Notes under the pieces: generated by a model
Told to the model about the DNA's origin: nothing
Seen by the model: only the letters and a program-made list of their open reading frames with translations
Databases searched by the model: none
Translations under genes and position numbers: made by a program
Part shown: positions 8,020 through 15,473 of the stretch, piece by piece
Layout of the letters: the number at the start of each line of letters is the position of its first letter
Position numbering within the stretch: the stretch's first letter is position 1
From: a virus
Lineage: Duplodnaviria > Caudoviricetes
IMG/VR virus record: IMGVR_UViG_3300025035_000073
Location: 1-31,729 of that record
Length of the DNA stretch: 31,729 bases
Strand: one strand, 5' to 3'

Positions 8020-8438
8020 AGCTTGTTCAGTCTCACGGTGGGCACGTCCAGAGGCTGAGTGCCGGGCACTTCCTTGCCAGCTTCCCAAATTTCCTTGACG
8101 GCGACTTCACCCACCCGCTTCTGCAGCAGGGCGAACACACCAGGGTTCTTCTTGAAGTTCTTGACAATGTACCCGTACACCTCGTCCCAGTTGGTCACCC
8201 GCACCACCACCTTGTTGGCGATGGAGACACGGGCGGTCTTGCCGGCGATGCCGCTGGCAAGACTCTTGGGTAGGTTCTGAATGAGGTGCTCACGCAGGGC
8301 GGATTCCTCTTCCTCAAAGGCTTCCACCTCGCGTTGCTTGGCAAGGCGCAGTTGGCGCACCTCGTACAAGCGGTCAGCGCACCCGGCTAGGGTCTTGGGC
8401 AGTTTGATGGGTTTGTCCGCGGTTTTGTAGGTTGCCAT
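8016..8438 (-). CDS. Coiled-coil phage protein, possibly Gam/Gp157-like
   Basis: GGAG RBS. N-terminal coiled coil, then V.VTNWDEVY.YI...LLQKRV...EVPG. Family assignment is tentative. Confidence 0.6.
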   Translation of the reverse strand: MATYKTADKPIKLPKTLAGCADRLYEVRQLRLAKQREVEAFEEEESALREHLIQNLPKSLASGIAGKTARVSIANKVVVRVTNWDEVYGYIVKNFKKNPGVFALLQKRVGEVAVKEIWEAGKEVPGTQPLDVPTVRLNKL

Positions 8439-8499
8439 GTTACGGTTCTCCAGTTTACAGTGTTGACAAAGAGTGGCCTTTAACCGAGCCACGGACGGT

Positions 8500-8528
8500 A
8501 GCATACCTCCCAGGAAAGTTTTAGGCAA
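8500..8528 (-). promoter_or_regulatory. Sigma70-like promoter
   Basis: TTGCCT-17 bp-TATGCT upstream of the gene starting at 8438. Confidence 0.7.
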
Positions 8529-8714
8529 GTGCTACTTTACCAGCCCTGGCCTCCTGGTAGGCTTGCGATGCTTGTTCTTTTGTCGGGTTGTTCGTACACA
8601 CCCCTGAGCCCGGACGCAGCCCGTACCTTGTGACGGTTCTGATTGTTGACTCTGGTCGTGACGTCGCGCAGGTTACTTGGCCTGTGGCCAGACCTGTCTC
8701 CATTGGGGGTGATC
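8521..8714 (-). pseudogene. Degenerate HNH-AP2 homing endonuclease remnant
   Basis: DH(frameshift)NGDRSGHRPSNLRDVTTRVNNQN...SGLRGVY, then in another frame an AP2-like end TKEQASQAYQEARA. Confidence 0.75.
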
Positions 8715-8956
8715 AAGGTCTTGAGGTCTTGTTTGGTGCAATCCGAGCACTGGAAGCCGTCCAGGTAGCTGGGCCAACCCACCGGCGTATTACGCGGGGC
8801 TGGGGTCAGCTTGGTGGCCCACTCTTGCGCCTCAGCCGGTGACGTCACGTCCACTGTCACTTCAAACCCTTCCCCGCTGCGCTCTTTGGTACATTGCCGG
8901 CACTTGTACGAACGGCGCATGTTGCGCGCAATGGCGCGGTCTACCCGTGTTGTCAT
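8537..8956 (-). CDS. Zn-finger (CxxC...CxxC) protein read through into the HNH remnant
   Basis: CRQC and CSDC; GGGAGG RBS; ATGA coupling at 8953-8956. Confidence 0.65.
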   Translation of the reverse strand: MTTRVDRAIARNMRRSYKCRQCTKERSGEGFEVTVDVTSPAEAQEWATKLTPAPRNTPVGWPSYLDGFQCSDCTKQDLKTLITPNGDRSGHRPSNLRDVTTRVNNQNRHKVRAASGLRGVYEQPDKRTSIASLPGGQGW

Positions 8957-9051
8957 ACCAAGCCCCTCCCGGCCATGGCCAGTAACAAGTTGTGAGCCCA
9001 GATGGTAGCGTCGAACACCAGCAGTGAGCAAACGGCTATCTTGTTGGTCAT
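8953..9051 (-). CDS. Small hydrophobic protein (32 aa)
   Basis: MTNKIAVCSLLVFDATIWAHNLLLAMAGRGLV; ATGA-coupled at both ends; AAGGAG RBS. Confidence 0.55.
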   Translation of the reverse strand: MTNKIAVCSLLVFDATIWAHNLLLAMAGRGLV

Positions 9052-9944
9052 GACATGTCTCCTTTGTGACGTTGGCCTAAATATACCGGGAACCTAGGTG
9101 CCTCCTTGCTGCCGCTGGGGAAGTATTTGAACTTGACCACAGCACCCTGCCACCGGGGTTGATTGGTCCAAATCTCTGCGCGCAAAGCGTCATCAAACCC
9201 GGTGCCGATGTTGAACGCCACGCCCTTGTAGGTTCCGTTGACACCCACCACCTTGAGCGCCCCCAATGCGCCCTTGCCTACCATGCCGGCCTTCTTGCTG
9301 CTGCGCTCTGTATGACCCAAGGCGTCGCGCTTGGCCTCGTTTGTGTTGTGCATCTGCTCTTCAAAGCCCACCACCTTGGCCTCTGCGTCAGCGAACCGCT
9401 TCAGCTTCATCAGGTCTTGAGCCTTGACCGTGCCCCGCCCGTACTTGTACGGTGCGTTGGCGCTGCGCAACATGACGCCTTCGTACCCGTCACCCAAGGC
9501 GGCAGCCTCAAACTCGTCCAACTGAGACAAGGTGCTGATCATGGACTGCGGCACTACAATGACTCGGTCTGATTTGTCTGACGTGTGACGGGCGTGCTCC
9601 CAACGCGCTATGAACGGGATGGAGGGGTTGCTCATGCAGTCAAAGACGTGGAAGTACACGTCTGGTTGGCCGTCACCGCTCATCACGCCTGAAGAGGTAC
9701 GGAGGAACACGTCCGGGTCTCCGGCCTTGCCCACAATCAGTTCGCCGTCCAAGCCTTCGAACATGCGCTTGCTAAACAGCTTCTGAGCGTAGGCGTTGGG
9801 GATGGGCTTGAGGTTACGGCTGACCAACACCCCGTTGATCACCATGGCGCGGATACCGTCCAGCTTGACGCTGGCCAGCAAGGGTAGCTTCAACGCGGAG
9901 GCGTCCTCAACGCTCCCACTCAGCATCGGTTTGAAGTTGCTCAT
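9048..9944 (-). CDS. ATP-dependent DNA ligase
   Basis: KLDGIR, LDGELI, HVFD, EGVMLR, LMKLKRF, PRFP. Confidence 0.95.
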   Translation of the reverse strand: MSNFKPMLSGSVEDASALKLPLLASVKLDGIRAMVINGVLVSRNLKPIPNAYAQKLFSKRMFEGLDGELIVGKAGDPDVFLRTSSGVMSGDGQPDVYFHVFDCMSNPSIPFIARWEHARHTSDKSDRVIVVPQSMISTLSQLDEFEAAALGDGYEGVMLRSANAPYKYGRGTVKAQDLMKLKRFADAEAKVVGFEEQMHNTNEAKRDALGHTERSSKKAGMVGKGALGALKVVGVNGTYKGVAFNIGTGFDDALRAEIWTNQPRWQGAVVKFKYFPSGSKEAPRFPVYLGQRHKGDMS

Positions 9945-9986
9945 TTGTCGACTCCTGAAAAGTGGGGTGGTGTACGCGCCCCGGTT

Positions 9987-10184
9987 TTATACGAAACGCT
10001 TGCCCTCTTGCTTCATCTGCTCTACAGCAGCGGTGTACTCAGCCTCAGTCTTGTAAGCCGTCAACCACATTGAGCCGTAGGCTGTTTGCTCCTTGGCCTT
10101 GGCTTCCTTCTTGGTCAGCTTGCCAAAGGCTTTGAAGTACGGGGTGGCAAGCTGAGGGTTGTTACGTCGGCCGATGTAGAACAT
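9987..10184 (-). CDS. Hypothetical early protein (65 aa)
   Basis: TAAGGAG RBS; phage-like codon usage. Confidence 0.75.
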   Translation of the reverse strand: MFYIGRRNNPQLATPYFKAFGKLTKKEAKAKEQTAYGSMWLTAYKTEAEYTAAVEQMKQEGKRFV

Positions 10185-10321
10185 GTGGATCTCCTTAAAC
10201 AGTGTGGCAGTGAATTAGAGGGTGCAGCTACGCGGGCAGCGCTGGCAAGAGCAGCTTTGGCTGCGCACAAGGCAATGATCTCTTCGGTGGTTTGCTTCTT
10301 CACGGTTTGCAAGTGAGGCGA

Positions 10322-10385
10322 CCTATAACCCGGACTTCGAAGTTCGTAAAGCCCTTTTTAGAATACCCAACCGAAGTTTAGGGTT
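10322..10385 (-). promoter_or_regulatory. Second copy of the early promoter (TTTACG-17-TATAGG) with degenerate operator sites
   Basis: Aligns with 1076-1119; AACC-N9-GGTT at 10369-10385. Confidence 0.7.
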
Positions 10386-10396
10386 ATTCGGGTTCG

Positions 10397-10504
10397 TCAC
10401 CACAAAGCCCAGATCAAGATGCCGATTACAACCCAGCAGATCAACCCACCGGCTACTCCGTACACCACGCCACTACCCGGCTCGTCGTAGTCCTCTGAGC
10501 TCAC
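10397..10504 (-). CDS. Small single-pass membrane protein (35 aa)
   Basis: GTGA-coupled start; hydrophobic stretch VVYGVAGGLICWVVIGILIWALW. Confidence 0.55.
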   Translation of the reverse strand: MSSEDYDEPGSGVVYGVAGGLICWVVIGILIWALW

Positions 10505-10707
10505 TTGACGCTCTCCCAAATTGATGCCCAGAAGGCGGTGTCGTTGAAGAACCTGCGGCGCTGAATGAAGTCCATCTGCGCCGGTGTCACGTCCTCCTCC
10601 GCTACCCCGTACTGAAGGGCTGCGGCTGCCCGTAGCTCGCGCTCCACGGGCGGGTTCAACACCTTCCATTGTTCAAACTCTTCTGCGTACCCGTCACGGA
10701 TGCTCAT
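10501..10707 (-). CDS. Hypothetical protein (68 aa)
   Basis: AGGAG RBS; ATGA overlap with the dcd stop. Confidence 0.75.
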   Translation of the reverse strand: MSIRDGYAEEFEQWKVLNPPVERELRAAAALQYGVAEEDVTPAQMDFIQRRRFFNDTAFWASIWESVK

Positions 10708-11276
10708 GATTGCTTCTCCTGTTGAGCGGCTGTGGTCTCCAGGTTGTTGTTATACGCTCCCCGCACTGCGTAGCTACGCTCCCTGGGCACACCTACATGG
10801 CGGTGGAAAATCATCTGTCCTACGCGGTCTCCGTGGTGCAGAGCGATAATATGGTGCTGGCTGATATTGTGCAACTCCAGTGTGAGCGCAGAGCCGTGCC
10901 AGCCAGCGCCCGCCCACACCGCCAAGGCGTGACTCAGACCCATACGCGCCCCTGAGCTCTTGAGGCGGAACTCTGCGCTGATATCCAGAGGCAGGTTGAA
11001 CTCCTCAATCGTTTGCGCCAACACAAATTGACCGGGGTACAGGAGGAACGGTTCGCCCTCCGGCTCCAGGTTGAACTCAGTGAAGGTCAGCGGCTCGCGC
11101 TCACGCAACGTGACCACCGGCAACTCGCTCTTCTTCAGCCCCTCCGGTAGCTCCTCCACCAACAGCTTGCTGCCCAAGCGGACGTCCACGCTGCTGGCGT
11201 TGACCTGAGCGTCCTCCACCGGGTGCATGGCCTTGTTCTGCACCTCGGCCTTCAGTTCCAAGTACGATAACAACAT
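10704..11276 (-). CDS. dcd: dCTP deaminase
   Basis: NASSVDVRLG, PGQFVLAQTIE, KSSGARMGL, GWHG..LTLELHN, GQMIF; AAGGAG RBS before ATG 11276. Confidence 0.9.
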   Translation of the reverse strand: MLLSYLELKAEVQNKAMHPVEDAQVNASSVDVRLGSKLLVEELPEGLKKSELPVVTLREREPLTFTEFNLEPEGEPFLLYPGQFVLAQTIEEFNLPLDISAEFRLKSSGARMGLSHALAVWAGAGWHGSALTLELHNISQHHIIALHHGDRVGQMIFHRHVGVPRERSYAVRGAYNNNLETTAAQQEKQS

Positions 11277-11287
11277 GTCAACACTCC

Positions 11288-11452
11288 TTACAAATTGAAC
11301 ACCGAGCGCACAACTGAGCCAGTGACGGCTCCTTTGTACGTGAGCAGCACGGGCGGGTAAGCCCAGCCGTGAGCCTTGCACACCTCCAAGGTGAGGGTGG
11401 TGGGCTTCAAAGCGTCCACCAGCTTGAACAGTTCGCCTTTTTGTGGCTTCAT
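11288..11452 (-). CDS. Hypothetical protein (54 aa), not in the ORF track
   Basis: AGGAGG RBS; MKPQKGELFKLVDALKPTTLTLEVCKAHGWAYPPVLLTYKGAVTGSVVRSVFNL. Confidence 0.7.
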   Translation of the reverse strand: MKPQKGELFKLVDALKPTTLTLEVCKAHGWAYPPVLLTYKGAVTGSVVRSVFNL

Positions 11453-11464
11453 AACGACCTCCTG

Positions 11465-11485
11465 AAAAAGCCCCCTTGCTGGGGC
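11465..11485 (-). terminator. Intrinsic terminator after the mini-nrdJ
   Basis: gcccc-agcaag-ggggc-ttttt. Confidence 0.65.
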
Positions 11486-11500
11486 GGGTTGGTGAAACTC

Positions 11501-11851
11501 TTACGTGTTGGGCAGTTCGCACGCCCCGGTGCCGCACATCAGAATGTACAGCGCCTCCGCAAACGAACGCTTGCTGTTCACCGCCAAGTAGCTGCAGTTG
11601 AACCCGGCAATGTTCTCACGCTCCAGAGCCTCCCCAGCGGTCATCAGTGCCCGCATGGAAGGCATGACCCCCAGCGCGGTGATGGCGTCCTTCACTTTGC
11701 CTTGCAACACGGGGCCGAAGCGGTGCTCCGTCTTGGCGTCAAAGAAGTCAATGTACCGCTGGACGGTTTCCTCCCAGGTTTCGCGTCGGCCCAGGTCATC
11801 GCGCCAACGGCTGTAGCGGCTGATGTGAATGTAAGACTGATACAAGTCCAT
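11501..11851 (-). pseudogene. nrdJ: Class II ribonucleotide reductase with a large in-frame internal deletion (116-aa mini-protein, ORF intact)
   Basis: N-terminus SRYSRW...RRETWEETV...VMPSMRALMTAG...AGFNCSY...YILMCGTG is joined directly to a C-terminal-type ACELPNT-stop. Confidence 0.85.
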
Positions 11852-11892
11852 GCTCTTTCCTTTTGTAAAATGCCCTGACGGGCGGGTTGATG

Positions 11893-12192
11893 TCATGTGG
11901 GTTGCTCTGTGGTATCGGCTAGGAAGCGCCCCAGCAGCCGGGCAGCTTCCGCCTTGGCCTCGTGTTCACGGGTGAACTTGAGGACTTTGTCTTGAGTTGT
12001 CAACAACGGGACGTACACTTCCAATGTGAACGGCTTGGCCGGTATCGTGCCGCCAGCGGGGCGGCGCGGGTTGTTGGTCTCGTTGACGAGCATGGCCACC
12101 TTCCGCTCGCCGTACTGGCTCTCAATGTAGCCGACTTCAGCGTGCAGCCGTGGGTGATGCCGCCATGTTATGTTCTTGATTGAGATGCGCAT
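11893..12192 (-). CDS. Hypothetical protein (99 aa)
   Basis: GGAGG RBS before MRISIKN. Confidence 0.7.
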   Translation of the reverse strand: MRISIKNITWRHHPRLHAEVGYIESQYGERKVAMLVNETNNPRRPAGGTIPAKPFTLEVYVPLLTTQDKVLKFTREHEAKAEAARLLGRFLADTTEQPT

Positions 12193-12554
12193 ACACCGTG
12201 CCCTCCGCAAACCGGGCAAGGTGACTGCACCTTCTTGTTGAACCCTTTTTGTTTGTACACCGTGCCCGTACCGGCACACCGGGTGCACTGAGCTTCCTCC
12301 GTGCGCTCCACAGCGTCGTACTTGCGGCGTGCCTCCTTGTCCCCCAGCACCGCGTAGGCCACGTTGACACGGGCGCACAGATCATGAGCGTCCTCCAACT
12401 TGGACAAGTCAGGGTGAAAGGCTCGCGCCAACGTGCGGTGAGCGGCCTTGATCACGTCCGTGGCGGCTCCGGTAGCTACCCCCAACACCGCGTAGTGATT
12501 GTCTGCGTTGAGCACCGCGCTCCGCAGCTTCTGCAATTCAGTGAGACGTGCCAT
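12168..12554 (-). CDS. J-domain (DnaJ-like) protein with two CxxCxGxG Zn-finger motifs
   Basis: HYAVLGV...IKAAHRTLARAFHPD...AYAVLGD...RRKYD; CTRCAGTG and CPVCGGHG; AGGAG RBS. Confidence 0.9.
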   Translation of the reverse strand: MARLTELQKLRSAVLNADNHYAVLGVATGAATDVIKAAHRTLARAFHPDLSKLEDAHDLCARVNVAYAVLGDKEARRKYDAVERTEEAQCTRCAGTGTVYKQKGFNKKVQSPCPVCGGHGVCASQSRT

Positions 12555-12586
12555 GATCGCTCCTGCAAGTGTAGTATATAGCTTCA

Positions 12587-12802
12587 TCATCCGCTCGGCG
12601 GGGTCGTACATAGCGAACCCCTCTGCGTCGCTGAACAACGTGTACATTTCCGCCTGGTCTGTGTAGTGGAAGCGCATGCGGAACTTGCTCTCTCTCCGCA
12701 AACAACGCACTTCACCCCACCGCTGCTGGGTACAAGGTGCAACGGGGTAGGCTCTACCGTCCCCGGTACGGCTGCCACTGCGGGCAATACCAATCTGCTC
12801 AT
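12587..12802 (-). CDS. Hypothetical CxxC protein, probably frameshifted at a GA repeat
   Basis: CAGGAG RBS; CVVCGE; phage-like codon usage switches frame near 12690. Confidence 0.5.
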   Translation of the reverse strand: MSRLVLPAVAAVPGTVEPTPLHLVPSSGGVKCVVCGERASSACASTTQTRRKCTRCSATQRGSLCTTPPSG

Positions 12803-12815
12803 TTGTCGACTCCTG

Positions 12816-14876
12816 TTAAAACTTCTTGCTGGCGCTGACGGTGGTGTGCTTCTCATACTCGGCCTTGACCTCACCCCACGGTGCCTTCTTCCACTTGTCA
12901 AAGTTCCGCACTGGCCACACTACCAACTGCTGACCGTTACTCAACCGCACCGGCGCTCCGGCGCAGCACGGGTTGTACCCTTCCCGCTTGAATTCGCGGC
13001 TCAAGGCGTTGGGGCTGGCCTTCTTGTTGCCCATGGGGTCGTACAACGCGTGGAGTTGCTTCATGGTGAACAAGTCACCCGTCATATTCGCCTGCTTGAG
13101 CATGTAGTCCGTGTTGCGGCGGAACTCCAGCACCCACGCACCCAGTTCGCTCTTGCCCATGTCAATCATGGCTTTTTTGCCGTCACTGACGGGTGCAGGC
13201 GCTTGCGGGTCAAAGTCCCCCAGGTCAACGCTCAACAGGTAGTGCCACAAGGCGGCTATGCCCTCGTCGCTGTCACGCCACGCCACGTACCGCTTGTAAT
13301 TGAGGAACTTGCCGGCCTGAGTCTCATGCACGTAGAAGCGTCGGTCGTTCTCATCCATGTAGAACATATCCGGCTCGTTGGACGTGTAGTAGTAGTTGAT
13401 CAAGTCCTCAAGGGAGTAGGATGGCACGTACTTCGTGTTGATGCGCAGCATCTTCTGCGTGACCATGGTCATCAGCTTCCGCATCAGCTTGCGGTCGCCT
13501 TTGGCGGTGATATCGTCGCACAGCGCAAAGCACTTGCTGTCAGCCCATTCGTTGCGGTCGTCTTCCAAGTCCGCGTCCTTGAGTTCCACTGAGTGCTTGG
13601 TGCCATACACCCGCATCAACGTGTGACCAATCAACGTCTTGCCGCTACCGTGAGTTGGCCCCCACACGGCCATAGCGGTAGCCAGCTTGGCACCGGGGTT
13701 CTGTATAGGGTACGCTGTCCAGCGTTCAAACCACCTCCGTGCCTCGGGTGCTCCGGCAAATATGTGCTCCATGAGTTCGTGCCAAGGGCTGACGTCCCCC
13801 GCTATGGGCTCCGTCACTCCCCAGCCTGTCCACGTGTTGAGGTAGCCGTCCTCCGTGATGCGGGCGGCACCGGGGCGGAAGGCTAACCCCAAGCACTCCG
13901 CACGCGCCTCCCACTGAAGCCAAGCAGGGGCCGCGGGCTTTTTCACCCGTGTTGTGCCGCCCTTGGGCATGGACACCTCCGCCCAATAGTGGACGTTGGC
14001 AAATTGGTGAGCCGTGAAGTCGCTAGGGCTCATGCGGCGCTTCAAGGTGTGGTCCCAGATGATGCCGGGGTCGCGCACGTACACCACCCGCTCGCTCAGG
14101 CCGTGTAGCACCTTAGCAGCGTCGTAGGCGTAGGTCTTCTCGCTGTCCAACAGTTCGGCAAACGCTTCTGCGCCCCGCAGGACAATGAAGTCGTCCAGGC
14201 CGCACTTGGTCAGTTCCTCTTGGGCGGGTAGCCGGGTGATGTATACCAAAGCACCTAGCTCGGTCAGGCGTTGCGCCAGCCGTTGTTCTGCAGCTAGGAC
14301 GTTGGGGTTGGTGGAGGAGTCGCTGTCGTAGCAAATGTACACAATGCGCTCACCCCACGCAAACTCCGCCAGTGCGGGTATCAGCATGTGGTTGTGAGCG
14401 TTGCTCTGAAAGCTGTACACACCGCCTAGCCCTAGGGTGGGGAACCCGTACTTGGTAGCGCATGCGGCCTTCAACTCGCCTTCTGTGATGACCAAGGGCT
14501 GAGTGGCGTCAGCGGCCATTTCAACCCAGTCCACAAACGGGGGCAAGTACACTCCGGACTTGCTCTTGGCGGGTTGAACATACCGGAGGGGCTTTTTGCC
14601 GGCCACCGCGTCAAACCCTTTCAGGGTGCTGACCACGTACCGGGCACGGAAGAACTTATCAACCTTGCCTTGCAAGGTGAAGTAGGGGATTTTGAAAGCG
14701 GGGAATTCGGGCAGCTTGAGTGACCTCATGCCCATACCTGTGAGCGGCTCTAGCTTCATCAGCCGAGCGTCCTCCTCGTCCAGAGCGGATTGTCCTAGCT
14801 TGTCCAACATGCGTTGGTGGACGTCCTCACGGGTGAGCGCTCCTCCATTCTTGGTCTTCTTGGCGGAGGCTGTCAT
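12816..14876 (-). CDS. Primase-helicase (TOPRIM-type N-terminal domain plus SF3-like P-loop NTPase)
   Basis: ITEGELKA, YICYDSD, GLDD; Walker A GPTHGSGKT; YYTSN, DRRF. Confidence 0.9.
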   Translation of the reverse strand: MTASAKKTKNGGALTREDVHQRMLDKLGQSALDEEDARLMKLEPLTGMGMRSLKLPEFPAFKIPYFTLQGKVDKFFRARYVVSTLKGFDAVAGKKPLRYVQPAKSKSGVYLPPFVDWVEMAADATQPLVITEGELKAACATKYGFPTLGLGGVYSFQSNAHNHMLIPALAEFAWGERIVYICYDSDSSTNPNVLAAEQRLAQRLTELGALVYITRLPAQEELTKCGLDDFIVLRGAEAFAELLDSEKTYAYDAAKVLHGLSERVVYVRDPGIIWDHTLKRRMSPSDFTAHQFANVHYWAEVSMPKGGTTRVKKPAAPAWLQWEARAECLGLAFRPGAARITEDGYLNTWTGWGVTEPIAGDVSPWHELMEHIFAGAPEARRWFERWTAYPIQNPGAKLATAMAVWGPTHGSGKTLIGHTLMRVYGTKHSVELKDADLEDDRNEWADSKCFALCDDITAKGDRKLMRKLMTMVTQKMLRINTKYVPSYSLEDLINYYYTSNEPDMFYMDENDRRFYVHETQAGKFLNYKRYVAWRDSDEGIAALWHYLLSVDLGDFDPQAPAPVSDGKKAMIDMGKSELGAWVLEFRRNTDYMLKQANMTGDLFTMKQLHALYDPMGNKKASPNALSREFKREGYNPCCAGAPVRLSNGQQLVVWPVRNFDKWKKAPWGEVKAEYEKHTTVSASKKF

Positions 14877-14904
14877 ACGGCCCCTCCCCAGCTACGAGGT
14901 GGGT

Positions 14905-14995
14905 GCTTTGCGGTAGCGGTCGCCCCACTGGCAGGAGCCGACAGAACGCACCAGGTAGGAACAGCCGCCGTAACTCGGTGACCGCTCCGCAAAGC
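14905..14995 (-). ncRNA. Candidate structured 5' leader of the primase-helicase mRNA
   Basis: GCTTTGCGG/CCGCAAAGC and AGCGGTC/GACCGCT long-range stem plus an inner stem, lying between promoter and RBS. Confidence 0.5.
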
Positions 14996-15001
14996 CCGTG
15001 T

Positions 15002-15031
15002 AGTATAGGCTACCGCTGTTGAGTGCGTCAA
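15002..15031 (-). promoter_or_regulatory. Sigma70-like promoter for the primase operon
   Basis: TTGACG-18 bp-TATACT. Confidence 0.75.
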
Positions 15032-15038
15032 GGCTATG

Positions 15039-15437
15039 TTATTCATGGGGTGTAATCTCCTTGCTGCCTTGAAAGCGCCTTCCGTCCGGGAGCGTATATA
15101 GCAGGCTCTCAAACCGGCTTACTGCCGTCACTCCGTCGTAGCGGCTCACCTTGCCCAACGGCAGCTTCCCAGTCATGTAGAACACTGCCAGTTGAGCCTC
15201 TGACCAAGACTTACCGTGCCAAGGTATAGAGGTGCCGTTGCCTTGCTTGGTAGCTGACCCGGCTATTCTGCCAATTGAAGTGCGGGGGCTAGGGCGTACC
15301 TTCCACCGGAAGCATCCTTCATCCGGGGTGTAGGTGAACGTGGATAGTAGGTCGGCGTGAAGTAGGGCCATTTCATCTGCAGCTTGTTTTGTGTTCTGAA
15401 AGGTCGGGTGCAACAGCTGCGTTGCCGGGTGAGCCAT
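15039..15437 (-). CDS. HNH homing-endonuclease-like protein lacking catalytic residues
   Basis: FTYTPDEGCFRWK...G.IAGS...LAVFYMTG.LP scaffold; the expected DH..G...NR..NL reads SRYDG...SRFESL; GGAGG RBS. Confidence 0.7.
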   Translation of the reverse strand: MAHPATQLLHPTFQNTKQAADEMALLHADLLSTFTYTPDEGCFRWKVRPSPRTSIGRIAGSATKQGNGTSIPWHGKSWSEAQLAVFYMTGKLPLGKVSRYDGVTAVSRFESLLYTLPDGRRFQGSKEITPHE

Positions 15438-15473
15438 GAGTACGCCTCCAAGTTACGGGGTTGAAAGTGCGGT

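Noticed and set aside
691-8447. AACCGTAAC recurring in leaders (691, 8439; variants at 7719 and 15453)
   Set aside because: Too short and too few copies to distinguish from chance without comparative data.
10115-10312. 65-aa ORF MQTVKKQ...
   Set aside because: TTG start immediately after the predicted TSS with no RBS, and it overlaps the next gene. It may be leader sequence or a remnant; unsupported as a CDS.
11277-11537. N-terminal extension of the 277-aa dcd ORF, or an intron/frameshift continuation of nrdJ
   Set aside because: No downstream RNR sequence in any frame. The region instead holds a terminator and a separate 54-aa gene with a good RBS, and dcd has its own RBS at 11276.
4546-11851. 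Modified-base genome (Z-DNA, hmU or deazaguanine) suggested by polA plus dcd
   Set aside because: No purZ, hydroxymethylase, queuosine-pathway or transferase gene in the window; cannot be supported here.
12666-13592. 308-aa plus-strand ORF antisense to the primase
   Set aside because: Shadow ORF expected from GC3-biased coding on the opposite strand; no RBS or recognisable motifs.
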